Shown piece after piece: positions 9,087-17,193 of a DNA stretch of 64,000 nt. Position 1 is the first letter of the stretch. Each line of letters opens with the position of its first letter. The notes under the pieces were generated by a model, which worked only from the letters and a program-made list of their open reading frames with translations, made no database searches and was not told the origin of the DNA. The position numbers and the translations under genes were made by a program. The DNA comes from Candidatus Omnitrophota bacterium (lineage in GTDB: Bacteria > Omnitrophota > Gorgyraeia > Zapsychrales > JANLHA01), in contig OY759724.1 in NCBI GenBank assembly GCA_963662715.1, positions 3,044,982 to 3,108,981 of the forward strand. Direction: 5' to 3'.

Positions 9087-9356
9087 ATGGCAGAGGTTTA
9101 TGTGGAAGAATTTATGTCACCCGGATGTGTCGGTTGTCCGGTGGTAAAGGAAATGCTTAAAGTTTTATCAGAAGAAGTAACGGGCGAGGTAACGATAGAA
9201 GAAGTCGACATCACAGTTGATACGGCACGGGCATCTCAATACGGCGTCATGTCTGTTCCGGCTATAGCTATTAACGGTGAGCTTAAATTTATGGGCGTGC
9301 CTAAAAAAGAAGAATTAAAGCAGGCGCTCGTTGAAGGGCTTAAGGCAGATGAATAG
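9087..9356 (+). CDS. Small thioredoxin-fold (glutaredoxin-like) protein
   Basis: 89 aa; CVGCP active-site-like motif, thioredoxin-fold length; SD AGGAGG upstream. Confidence 0.7.
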   Translation: MAEVYVEEFMSPGCVGCPVVKEMLKVLSEEVTGEVTIEEVDITVDTARASQYGVMSVPAIAINGELKFMGVPKKEELKQALVEGLKADE

Positions 9357-9891
9357 TGAAGAAAAAAATAGTGATTTGGGAATAACGGTTTCCATATCGG
9401 AATGTGAGCCAAATTTTAAATTTGAGGTTTTATCTCATCCTGATGCCAGCGGATTAAATGCCTGCTTCAATTGCGGGACATGTACGGCAGGATGTCCTAT
9501 TCATGAAGTTTTTCCTGAATATAACCCCAGGAAACTGGCAAAGATGGTAAAGCTTGGTATGAAAAAACAGGTTTTAAGCAGCCCCTATATTTGGTATTGC
9601 GCTACCTGTCATAATTGCGAACAACGCTGCCCCCAAAATGTTAAATTTTTCAATATTTTGAATGTCTTGAAAAATTTGGCAGCCAGACAAGGTTATGCGC
9701 CGTCCTGCTGGATTCAACAGACCGAACAAATAGCAAAAACAGGCATAGTCTTTCCGACAGAAGATAGTTGGATCAAAAGAAGACAGGAAATGTCTCTCCC
9801 TTTTTTAAATCTAGATGGGGAAAAGGCAAAGAGAATAATTGAATCAAGCGGGATGAATGAAATTAAATCGAAGGTTAATTTGAATGAGTAA
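9349..9891 (+). CDS. HdrC-like 2x[4Fe-4S] ferredoxin subunit
   Basis: Track ORF starts at TTG 9331; ATG at 9349 overlaps the preceding stop (ATGAATAG). Motifs CFNCGTCTAGCP and CATCHNCEQRCP. Confidence 0.8.
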   Translation: MNSEEKNSDLGITVSISECEPNFKFEVLSHPDASGLNACFNCGTCTAGCPIHEVFPEYNPRKLAKMVKLGMKKQVLSSPYIWYCATCHNCEQRCPQNVKFFNILNVLKNLAARQGYAPSCWIQQTEQIAKTGIVFPTEDSWIKRRQEMSLPFLNLDGEKAKRIIESSGMNEIKSKVNLNE

Positions 9892-10759
9892 ATATGCTTT
9901 ATTTTTAGGTTGCACGACCCCAACTCAGGTACCGCAGTATGAGTTGTCCGCAAGATGGGTTTGTAAATATTTTGGCATTGAATTAATCGATATTAAAGAT
10001 TTTGTTTGCTGTGGTATTAATCAGGTTAATCTGGATATTGAGACAGGTTTTTCCTTGGCAGCTATGAATTTGGCTTTAGCGGAATCCGAAAAATTAGATG
10101 TTTTAACGCTTTGCGCCGCCTGCACCGGCGCCCTGGCTGAAACAATCGAAAAACTGAAGGACGAAGCAAGCAGAGATAAAGTAAACAAAAAATTAAAGAC
10201 GGTCGGATTAAAATATACAGGCCAATCTAAAGTAAAACATATATCGAGAGTTCTTTACGAAGATATCGGGTTAGAAACAATAAAAAAGGGAATAAAGAAA
10301 GATTTATCCGCACTGCATGTGGCACCTCATTACGGCTGCCATTATTTAAAACCAAAATCTGCTTTTGGTGATTTTGAAAAACCCGATAATCCCAAAAGGC
10401 TTCACCATCTCATTTCGGCTGCCGGGGCCCATCCTATTGAATATGAGACGCTTGGTTTATGCTGCGGGGGCAAAACTTTTCCTGTTACTAAAAATCTGGC
10501 TCATTCATTGGTACAAAAAAAGTTTGATAATTTGATGGATAAAGAAGCGGATGCGATGGTTCTTCAATGTCAGACTTGTTATCTTATGTATAGCGGCCAA
10601 CAAAAAGAGATAAATGAAAATTATGGCAAACGATATGATTTTCCGGTAATTCTGTATCCCCAGCTTCTCGGATTGGCTCTGGGCGCGGAGCCCAAGAAAG
10701 ATTTAGGCCTTGATTTAAACGAAATTTCAGTAAATCGAATTTTGGATAAGATATTATAA
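9884..10759 (+). CDS. HdrB-like protein with two CCG domains
   Basis: 291 aa; two cysteine-rich CCG signatures (FVCCGINQ and GLCCGGKTF .. QCQTCY); start overlaps the HdrC-like stop. Confidence 0.85.
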   Translation: MSKYALFLGCTTPTQVPQYELSARWVCKYFGIELIDIKDFVCCGINQVNLDIETGFSLAAMNLALAESEKLDVLTLCAACTGALAETIEKLKDEASRDKVNKKLKTVGLKYTGQSKVKHISRVLYEDIGLETIKKGIKKDLSALHVAPHYGCHYLKPKSAFGDFEKPDNPKRLHHLISAAGAHPIEYETLGLCCGGKTFPVTKNLAHSLVQKKFDNLMDKEADAMVLQCQTCYLMYSGQQKEINENYGKRYDFPVILYPQLLGLALGAEPKKDLGLDLNEISVNRILDKIL

Positions 10760-10788
10760 ATAAGCGGTAATTGTGACGGAGATAGTGC

Positions 10789-11475
10789 ATGAGCATAAAA
10801 GAAAATTATTTGAAAATTAGAAAAAAAATTCCGGATTATGTCCAGATAGTTTTAGCTGCCAAGATGAAGACTTCTGAAGAAATCAAAGAGGCTATTGATG
10901 CCGAAGCAACAATAATAGGTGAAAATTACGTACAGGAAGCTGAAAAAATATATGAGGCGTTAGGAGAAAAGGCTAAAAAAATTAAATGGCATATGATCGG
11001 TCCTTTGCAGAAAAATAAGATTAACAAGGCAGTAAAAATTTTTGATTGTATTCAGACGGTTGATTCTATTGAACTCGCTGATGCTATACATAAAAGAGCT
11101 GAGGTAATAAAAAAAGAAATGTCTGTTTTTATAGAGGTAAATATCGGCAACGAAATGACAAAGGCAGGCGTTAAACCGGAATACGGAGTGGTTGAAAAAT
11201 TAGCGCTACATATCGCAGGATTATTTTATTTAAAATTGGAAGGACTTATGACAATCGGCCCTAGAGTCGGCAACCCGGAAGACATCCGTCCATATTTCAA
11301 AGCAGTAAAAGAAATTTTTGATAAATTGCAGAGCGCGGGTATACCCAATACAGATTTAAAATATTTGTCCATGGGGATGTCCAATTCATACAAAATAGCC
11401 ATTGAGGAGGGAGCGAATATTATAAGGTTAGGAACTATTATTTTCGGAGCGCGCAAATGTGATTTAAGAAACTAA
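10789..11475 (+). CDS. yggS: YggS-family PLP homeostasis protein
   Basis: 228 aa; single alanine-racemase-N-like TIM barrel, typical YggS length and conserved K region (VQIVLAAK); C-terminal IIRLGTIIFGAR. Confidence 0.85.
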   Translation: MSIKENYLKIRKKIPDYVQIVLAAKMKTSEEIKEAIDAEATIIGENYVQEAEKIYEALGEKAKKIKWHMIGPLQKNKINKAVKIFDCIQTVDSIELADAIHKRAEVIKKEMSVFIEVNIGNEMTKAGVKPEYGVVEKLALHIAGLFYLKLEGLMTIGPRVGNPEDIRPYFKAVKEIFDKLQSAGIPNTDLKYLSMGMSNSYKIAIEEGANIIRLGTIIFGARKCDLRN

Positions 11476-11513
11476 GGGCATGAGATAAACACGGGTAGTG
11501 ATGGGGCAAAATT

Positions 11514-12143
11514 ATGAAAATAAAACCATTTGAAGAACATGTGGATCAATATGAAGATTGGTTTGAGAAAAATTATTGGGTCTATCAGTCAGAACTTCAG
11601 GCAGTAAAAGAATTGTTGCCTAAGCAAGGAAACGGCATTGAAATTGGTGTAGGAAGCGGTCGTTTTGCAGATCCCTTGGGAATACGTTTAGGTGTTGAGC
11701 CTTCGCCTAAAATGAGAGCACTGGCAAAAGCTCGAGGGATAGAAGTTATTGATGGAGTAGCCGAAGATATCCTTTTTAAAAATCCTCGATTTGATTTCGT
11801 GCTGATGGTCACAACGATCTGTTTTCTGGATGATATAGAAAAAGCATTTAAAAAAATCCATAGGATTCTAAACCCAAGCGGGCATTTGGTCATAGGATTT
11901 ATCGATAAAAACAGCCCTGTTGGAAAGATTTACCAGAAACACAAAAACGAAAGCGAGTTCTATAAAGTTGCAACTTTCTATTCTGTAGATAAAGTTGTGT
12001 CTTATTTAAAAAATGCCGGATTTAGCAACTTTGTATTTAAGCAGACTATTTTCAAAAATTTAAAAGAAATTAAAGACATTGAACCTATTCAGGATGGTTT
12101 TGGTGCGGGTTCTTTTGTCGTCATTAGAGCTTTAAAGGAATGA
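11514..12143 (+). CDS. Class I SAM-dependent methyltransferase
   Basis: 209 aa; motif I GIEIGVGSGRFA and post-I acidic residue. Confidence 0.75.
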   Translation: MKIKPFEEHVDQYEDWFEKNYWVYQSELQAVKELLPKQGNGIEIGVGSGRFADPLGIRLGVEPSPKMRALAKARGIEVIDGVAEDILFKNPRFDFVLMVTTICFLDDIEKAFKKIHRILNPSGHLVIGFIDKNSPVGKIYQKHKNESEFYKVATFYSVDKVVSYLKNAGFSNFVFKQTIFKNLKEIKDIEPIQDGFGAGSFVVIRALKE

Positions 12144-12147
12144 AGGT

Positions 12148-12507
12148 ATGAAAGTCGCAGTCATTGGAGCATCAAATAAACCGCATCGGTATTCTTATCA
12201 GGCTGTGGTTCTTTTAAAAGAAACAGGACACAAAGTTTATCCCATTCATCGAAAAATAAAAGAGATTGACGGGATTCCAGTTGTTCCAACCATTGAAGAG
12301 GTTAATGACTTAATTGATACGGTTACATTGTATATAAATGCTGTTTTTTCTAATGCTATCGGCAAAGATATTATTGCTAAAAAGCCCAAAAGAATAATTT
12401 TTAATCCCGGAGCTGAGAATCTGGAATTAGCAAATGAGGCGAGAGAGCAGGGTATAGATACAATTAATGCCTGCACATTAGTTATGCTAAAAACAGGTCA
12501 GTTTTAA
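12148..12507 (+). CDS. CoA-binding domain protein
   Basis: 119 aa; KVAVIGASNKPHRYSY N-terminus typical of the CoA_binding_2 family. Confidence 0.75.
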   Translation: MKVAVIGASNKPHRYSYQAVVLLKETGHKVYPIHRKIKEIDGIPVVPTIEEVNDLIDTVTLYINAVFSNAIGKDIIAKKPKRIIFNPGAENLELANEAREQGIDTINACTLVMLKTGQF

Positions 12508-12519
12508 GGAGGGAGTAAA

Positions 12520-12684
12520 ATGTCCATAATGAAAATTATTATAGGAATTTTAATCGGAGCATTGCTGGGGAGTGTGATGGGATATTTCGGTAAATGCTCA
12601 AGCGGTGTTTGCCCTTTGACAAGTACACCGCTAAGAGGGGCTCTTTGGGGAGCTTTCTTGGGATTAATGTTTGGATTAACTTAA
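12520..12684 (+). CDS. Small (54 aa) membrane protein with CxxxxC motif and glycine zipper
   Basis: Not in the ORF track (under 60 aa). ATG at 12520 preceded by AGGAGGGAG; MSIMKIIIGILIGALLGSVMGYFGKCSSGVCPL..GALWGAFLGLMFGLT*. Resembles the Cys/Gly segment of the 5739 ORF. Confidence 0.45.
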   Translation: MSIMKIIIGILIGALLGSVMGYFGKCSSGVCPLTSTPLRGALWGAFLGLMFGLT

Positions 12685-12704
12685 TGTAAAACGAGGAGGA
12701 GAGG

Positions 12705-13043
12705 ATGCTGGAAACAAATTTGAAACATTTAGAAACAAAAGATGAGGTAGAAGAATTATTAAAAAATAATGAAAAAGTCATGATTTGCTGTGGCCGAATG
12801 GGGCCGATGTGTATTCCTGTTTATGGGATTATGGAAAAATTAGAATCGCAATATTCACAGATTCAGTTCAGGGATATGGATTTTGATATCCCTGTTGCCT
12901 CTTTTATTAAAGATTTGCCCGAATGTGCTTCGTTTACGGGATTGCCTTTTACGGTCTATTTTAAGAACGGATCGATCGTTAAGGCGACAACCAGCATTCA
13001 GAATGAAAAGCAAATAGTTGATATTTTAGAAAAAATTTTTTAG
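12705..13043 (+). CDS. Thioredoxin-like protein with atypical active site
   Basis: 112 aa; thioredoxin-fold length, Cys pair in CCGRMGPMC at the usual CxxC position; SD GAGGAGGAGAGG upstream. Confidence 0.6.
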   Translation: MLETNLKHLETKDEVEELLKNNEKVMICCGRMGPMCIPVYGIMEKLESQYSQIQFRDMDFDIPVASFIKDLPECASFTGLPFTVYFKNGSIVKATTSIQNEKQIVDILEKIF

Positions 13044-13045
13044 AA

Positions 13046-13543
13046 ATGAGCATGAATGAATCCTTTCATAAATGTTCAAAGTGTGGGAATAATTTGCCGG
13101 AAATAAATATTTTCGTTATTGACGACGAATATATTTGTATTCATTGTTTATATGGTAAGGCCGAACCTTTCCCGATTTATCCTATAGGTATCGTGCAAAA
13201 TGATCTAAGGCGTAACAGAAAAAATTTTGGTACGGTTGGCAAAGGCGGCCTATCATGTATTAAGCTGTTCCCATCACAAAAGCCATTTCTGTATAAAATT
13301 GAAGAAGAAAGGTTTTTGACGATTGTTTATTATCTTCATCAAGCAAAGCAGATTAAATCAGTCTTTAAAAGAGGATTGGACGGGAAGGAAGTCGGTGTTT
13401 TCTCTTCCCGTACGCCGGATAGGCTTTCACGCATTGCTATTCAAAATGTTAATCTGGTGAAAGTTGAAGGGACTAATCTTTACGTTGAGGGATTAGATGC
13501 TATCAATGGCAGTCCGGTTTTAGACATAAAACTTAAAATATAG
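13046..13543 (+). CDS. TsaA/YaeB-like (UPF0066) domain protein with N-terminal zinc ribbon
   Basis: 165 aa; CSKCG..CIHC ribbon, then GVFSSRTPDR..GLDAINGSPVLDIKLKI matching the TsaA-like beta-barrel signature. Confidence 0.7.
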   Translation: MSMNESFHKCSKCGNNLPEINIFVIDDEYICIHCLYGKAEPFPIYPIGIVQNDLRRNRKNFGTVGKGGLSCIKLFPSQKPFLYKIEEERFLTIVYYLHQAKQIKSVFKRGLDGKEVGVFSSRTPDRLSRIAIQNVNLVKVEGTNLYVEGLDAINGSPVLDIKLKI

Positions 13544-13562
13544 TGATCAAAAAGGGTGAATT

Positions 13563-14135
13563 ATGAAAATATCTATAATTTTTCACAGTGTATGCGCAAA
13601 TAATTATTTGATGGCTAAGGCTTTTTATGAAAATTTAAAAATCAAAAAACAAGATGTTTCATTGTTTAGAGTTGCTGATCCCGATTGGGCAGAACAAGAA
13701 AGTGTTCCTCTCGTGGCAAAAAAAAATTTGAGAAATATGATGGCTCTTCCCATGGCTACTCCAGAAGCCATGTTTGAAAGCGATCTTATTATAATGGGTT
13801 CGCCGACGTATTTTGGAAATGTATCGGCCGAAATGAAAATTTACATGGACTCCATTGCTAAATATTGGATAAAAGCAGAATTAGCAGGGAAAAGGCTTGC
13901 TGCTTTTACCTCAACAGGCAATCCCCAAGGCGGCGGAGACTTGTGTCTTCAGGTTATTCACACATTTGGAATGTATATGGGAATGCTTTGCGTACCTGTT
14001 CCAACGACTTTAATTTCAGGTGCAGATATCCATCCCTTTGGCATCATGCATTATTCCTATTCGAAGTACGGCGAAAAATTAGATAAAAAAACACAAACAG
14101 TAATAGAAAATTTTTCTGAGTATTTAATACAATAA
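13563..14135 (+). CDS. Flavodoxin-like fold NAD(P)H-dependent FMN reductase family protein
   Basis: 190 aa; MKISIIFHS.. N-terminus, MGSPTYFGNVSAEMK flavin-binding loop. Confidence 0.75.
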   Translation: MKISIIFHSVCANNYLMAKAFYENLKIKKQDVSLFRVADPDWAEQESVPLVAKKNLRNMMALPMATPEAMFESDLIIMGSPTYFGNVSAEMKIYMDSIAKYWIKAELAGKRLAAFTSTGNPQGGGDLCLQVIHTFGMYMGMLCVPVPTTLISGADIHPFGIMHYSYSKYGEKLDKKTQTVIENFSEYLIQ

Positions 14136-14270
14136 ATCAAAGGTTGATGATATTATTATTTTAAAATTTTTTGATTATAAAAAATGGGGGGTTGAGGGTA
14201 ATCTCACCATTTCGCTTAAGAAAAATAATAAATAAAAAAATTAGCCTGCGGCGCTTATAGCAAGATAAAA

Positions 14271-14355
14271 GGTGTTTAACATGGCGCCGTTTTATGTGTG
14301 ATTTTGGGGTGATTTGTTAAACATCTAGGAGGTGGTGTTTAACACGTGTTAAACA
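14271..14355. repeat. Iteron-like set of four TGTTTAACA / TGTTAAACA 9-mers, including a perfect 20-bp palindrome TGTTTAACACGTGTTAAACA
   Basis: 9-mers at 14273-14281, 14315-14323, 14336-14344 and 14347-14355; the last two form a perfect palindrome around a central CG (14336-14355). The first copy is bracketed by the inverted GC hexamers CGGCGC (14249-14254) and GCGCCG (14284-14289). Confidence 0.6.
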
Positions 14356-14544
14356 TTAAGAGAAGCAAGAAATTTTAAAAAACTCGTCGTTGTGCTCTTG
14401 ACATCTGATGGGCTATATGGCACACTTGCACTCTATCCGCATTAATAATTACTCTTCGTTGAATCTCAATCCAAAGATGTGGTTTTACTAGAAAATAATC
14501 AAGCATCTAGGTTGTAACATATATAAAATTTAAAGGATTTAAAA

Positions 14545-14586
14545 GGCCATCCCAGATATCTGGCTTATAGGGGTGGTCTTTTTTCT
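14545..14586 (+). terminator. Bidirectional terminator-like hairpin containing a perfect 12-bp palindrome CCAGATATCTGG
   Basis: GGCCATCCC..GGGGTGGTC outer stem (two G-U pairs) around the inner palindrome 14552-14563, followed by CTTTTTTCTT; the opposite strand also has a T-rich tail. Confidence 0.4.
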
Positions 14587-14728
14587 TGGCCACTTGCTTT
14601 AAATTACGCAAAATGCCAGCCAAGAAAAATTTTTTTAAAAAAGTATGGCATATTTTTGCAAACAAATGACATATATATGTAGGAGCAAGTTGTACGATAG
14701 ATCTTTATTTACTTGAAAAGAGGTTGTT

Positions 14729-14926
14729 ATGCATAGCAACGAAATGAACGCATTATTTGAAATATACAATGAAGCAAAGAACCGGATTTTGTTATATGTT
14801 GAAGCTTCTGTGCATCCCGAGCAATTTAAAGCGCTACGCAAGCTTATTCTTGATGAACTTGGCAGAAGCGGGGCTGAAGGTAAGGTGCGGAATTTATTGA
14901 GTGAAAAGGACAGGGCAGGCAAGTAA
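14729..14926 (+). CDS. Hypothetical protein (65 aa), first gene of the recombinase module
   Basis: AAGAGG SD 8 nt upstream of the ATG; no recognisable domain. Confidence 0.4.
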   Translation: MHSNEMNALFEIYNEAKNRILLYVEASVHPEQFKALRKLILDELGRSGAEGKVRNLLSEKDRAGK

Positions 14927-14957
14927 TGAATAAAGCGAAGGGGGTGGTGTAAAATGA

Positions 14958-15335
14958 ATGAAAAAGAATGAATTTTATAAAATTCAGGCGGAAGCGTTCT
15001 GGGATTATGAAAAGAGGTTTTCGTATAGGAATTTCAATAAACATAACATCAAAGACCCGGTGAAATTCCTACACGGTAACAAGTCCGAGCTAGAGCGAGG
15101 TAACTTTAAAGATTACGACAGAATAAAACTGTTCAATCAATGGGCAACATCAAAAGACATTACAGGCGCAGACCGTCAGGAAATATGGAAAATAGTGAGA
15201 ACTACAAAAAAGCAGGATTATGTTATCACGGAAGGAAGTGAAGAGTTTATCAGGCTTTCAGAAGTTATCAGCATTTTGCATAATGAGAACATGAAGCAGT
15301 TAGGTGATATGCTATCCAAGAAAAAATGTGGTTGA
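14958..15335 (+). CDS. Hypothetical protein (125 aa)
   Basis: ORF with AGGGGGTGGTG SD-like sequence upstream; no recognisable domain. Confidence 0.45.
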   Translation: MKKNEFYKIQAEAFWDYEKRFSYRNFNKHNIKDPVKFLHGNKSELERGNFKDYDRIKLFNQWATSKDITGADRQEIWKIVRTTKKQDYVITEGSEEFIRLSEVISILHNENMKQLGDMLSKKKCG

Positions 15336-15367
15336 CAATAACTGTAAAGCAACGTAAAGTATTTCTT

Positions 15368-15553
15368 ATGAAAATATACACGGTTACAAAAACTGCGGAA
15401 AAACTAGGAATATCACGCCAGTCGCTCCATCAATGGATTAAAAAAGGATGGGTAAAACCTAAATACGATTACAGGAATTATCCTGTATTTACTGCTGACG
15501 ATATTAAAAAAATTCAGCAATGGATGGGAACACTAAAAGAATCATGCGAGTAG
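15368..15553 (+). CDS. Small helix-turn-helix DNA-binding protein (excisionase/MerR-like; candidate recombination directionality factor)
   Basis: Track ORF 15326..15553; likely start ATG 15368 (MKIYTVTKTAEKLGISRQSLHQWIKKGWVKP..). HTH_17-like; sits immediately 5' of the recombinase, which overlaps its end. Confidence 0.6.
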   Translation: MKIYTVTKTAEKLGISRQSLHQWIKKGWVKPKYDYRNYPVFTADDIKKIQQWMGTLKESCE

Positions 15554-17193
15554 CCATTTACACAAGAGTATCAACAGAAGACCAAGCCCGTGAGGGGACT
15601 TCTTTGGAGGTTCAGCGGGAGTTTCTTGAGAATTACGCAAAGCATCAGGGGTGGTCTATATATTATCCGGAAAAAGGTCGGATTTACGAAGATGACGGTT
15701 ATTCTGGAAATCTAAGCAGACGACCTGCTTTGAATAAACTTCTTAGCCACGCAAACCAGAAAAAATTTGATATTGTACTTGTCTATAAAATCGACCGTTT
15801 CGCAAGAAACAACAGGCTTCTGCTTAATCTTGTCGAAGACCTCGACCAAAGGGGAATAGGTTTTAAATCAGCTACGGAGTCATTTGATACCGTTACTGCC
15901 GCCGGCAAAATGGCGCTGTCAATGCTTGGAACGGTAGCGCAGTTTGAGCGGGACAGGATTATTGAACGGGTATTTCCGGGGATGATAAAAGGCGTGGAGC
16001 GAGGGAACTGGCAGGGTGCAAGATATTCGCCCTATGGATATTTTTATAATAAACAAAAGAAGCTTCTTGAAGTGGTGCCGGAGGAAGCAAATGTTGTAAA
16101 AATGATTTATACAATGTATCTGTCAGGGCAAAGCACGCCGCAAATAGCAGGGTATCTTTACGATAAAAAATATAAAACCAGAAGCGGCGGGAAATTTCAT
16201 ACAAAACTGGTCGCAGATATTTTAAAAAATCAGTTATATATCGGCAATCTTGTATGGAACAAGCATCATTACGATAAGACGAAAAAGACCCTCAAAGGCA
16301 ATCGCTATGTTAAAAACGATCCGGAAAAAGTTGTAATCTCTAAAGGAAAACATATACCGATAATTGACCGGGAAGATTTTGAAGCCGTACAGCAAAAGCT
16401 TGAAAAAAGCAGAAAAGGCATGGGAAACAGAAAGGGATGTAAAGAATATCCTTTGACAGGTATCATCAAATGCGCTAAATGCGGGCATAATTTCCATGGC
16501 TCACTTCTGACAGCATCAAGGGAAAATAAAAAAACGAAACTGAAAAGAAGATATTACAGATGTTCCGGCAGAGCAACGCACAATGTTAGATGTGATAATG
16601 TTTTTGTGAAAGCAGTTGAGGTAGAGAAAGAAGTTTACAGAATCTTGGAAACAATACGGCTGGAAGATATAAATGAGGCGTTACGGACTTCAGCATCATC
16701 AAATAATATAACGGAAGCAAACGAAGAAGTGATCGACAAGATCCATGAATTGAAGATGGATTTAGCGAAGAATTTAAAAAAGCAAGAAAGGCTCGGGAAA
16801 ATCTTTACTGAAGGGCTGATTGCAATGGAAGCCTACAAGCCCCAGGTCATTCCCCTCAGAGATGAAGAGAAGGAAATAAAAGGTAAAATCAAAAAGCTTG
16901 AGCTGAACTTAATTGAAAGAGAACGTTCAGAAGAATACAAAAAATTAGTAACAGCCGTTATTGAACACATTGACGCAGTCAGGAATATGGACATCGCAGG
17001 CAAGAAAGGACTGCTGAAAATAGTGTTTAAAAACATAATAATTGAAAATGGAAAGATAACAGATTTCGAGCTGTATCAACCGTTTAAAAAGCTATACGAA
17101 GGAGCAGCGATAAAGTGCCAAATGCAGGAAATAAAAGAACTTATGACAATTCCGGAGTGCGTGTGTACATGCGTACTTACGGATGCCAGATGA
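15544..17193 (+). CDS. Large serine recombinase (resolvase/invertase catalytic domain + recombinase domain + zinc ribbon + coiled coil)
   Basis: N-terminus MRVAIYTRVSTEDQ with catalytic Ser, ..VYKIDRFARN.. motif, and a zinc ribbon CAKCGH..CSGRATHNVRC. About 550 aa; the track ORF begins 24 nt earlier at 15520. The last 79 nt overlap miaB. Confidence 0.9.
   Translation: MRVAIYTRVSTEDQAREGTSLEVQREFLENYAKHQGWSIYYPEKGRIYEDDGYSGNLSRRPALNKLLSHANQKKFDIVLVYKIDRFARNNRLLLNLVEDLDQRGIGFKSATESFDTVTAAGKMALSMLGTVAQFERDRIIERVFPGMIKGVERGNWQGARYSPYGYFYNKQKKLLEVVPEEANVVKMIYTMYLSGQSTPQIAGYLYDKKYKTRSGGKFHTKLVADILKNQLYIGNLVWNKHHYDKTKKTLKGNRYVKNDPEKVVISKGKHIPIIDREDFEAVQQKLEKSRKGMGNRKGCKEYPLTGIIKCAKCGHNFHGSLLTASRENKKTKLKRRYYRCSGRATHNVRCDNVFVKAVEVEKEVYRILETIRLEDINEALRTSASSNNITEANEEVIDKIHELKMDLAKNLKKQERLGKIFTEGLIAMEAYKPQVIPLRDEEKEIKGKIKKLELNLIERERSEEYKKLVTAVIEHIDAVRNMDIAGKKGLLKIVFKNIIIENGKITDFELYQPFKKLYEGAAIKCQMQEIKELMTIPECVCTCVLTDAR

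Larger units (their letters stand above)
14729..17193 (+). mobile_element. Integration/recombination module (two hypothetical ORFs, Xis-like HTH, large serine recombinase) at the edge of the AT-rich segment
   Basis: Gene content typical of the integrase end of prophages, ICEs or Tn5397-like elements; its right edge coincides with the compositional switch and the miaB 5' end. Confidence 0.5.

Noticed and set aside
14136-14728. tRNA/tmRNA gene as the integration target in the non-coding region before the recombinase module
   Set aside because: Read by eye for acceptor-stem/T-loop (GTTCRANYC) patterns on both strands and found no convincing cloverleaf. The element abuts miaB rather than a tRNA.
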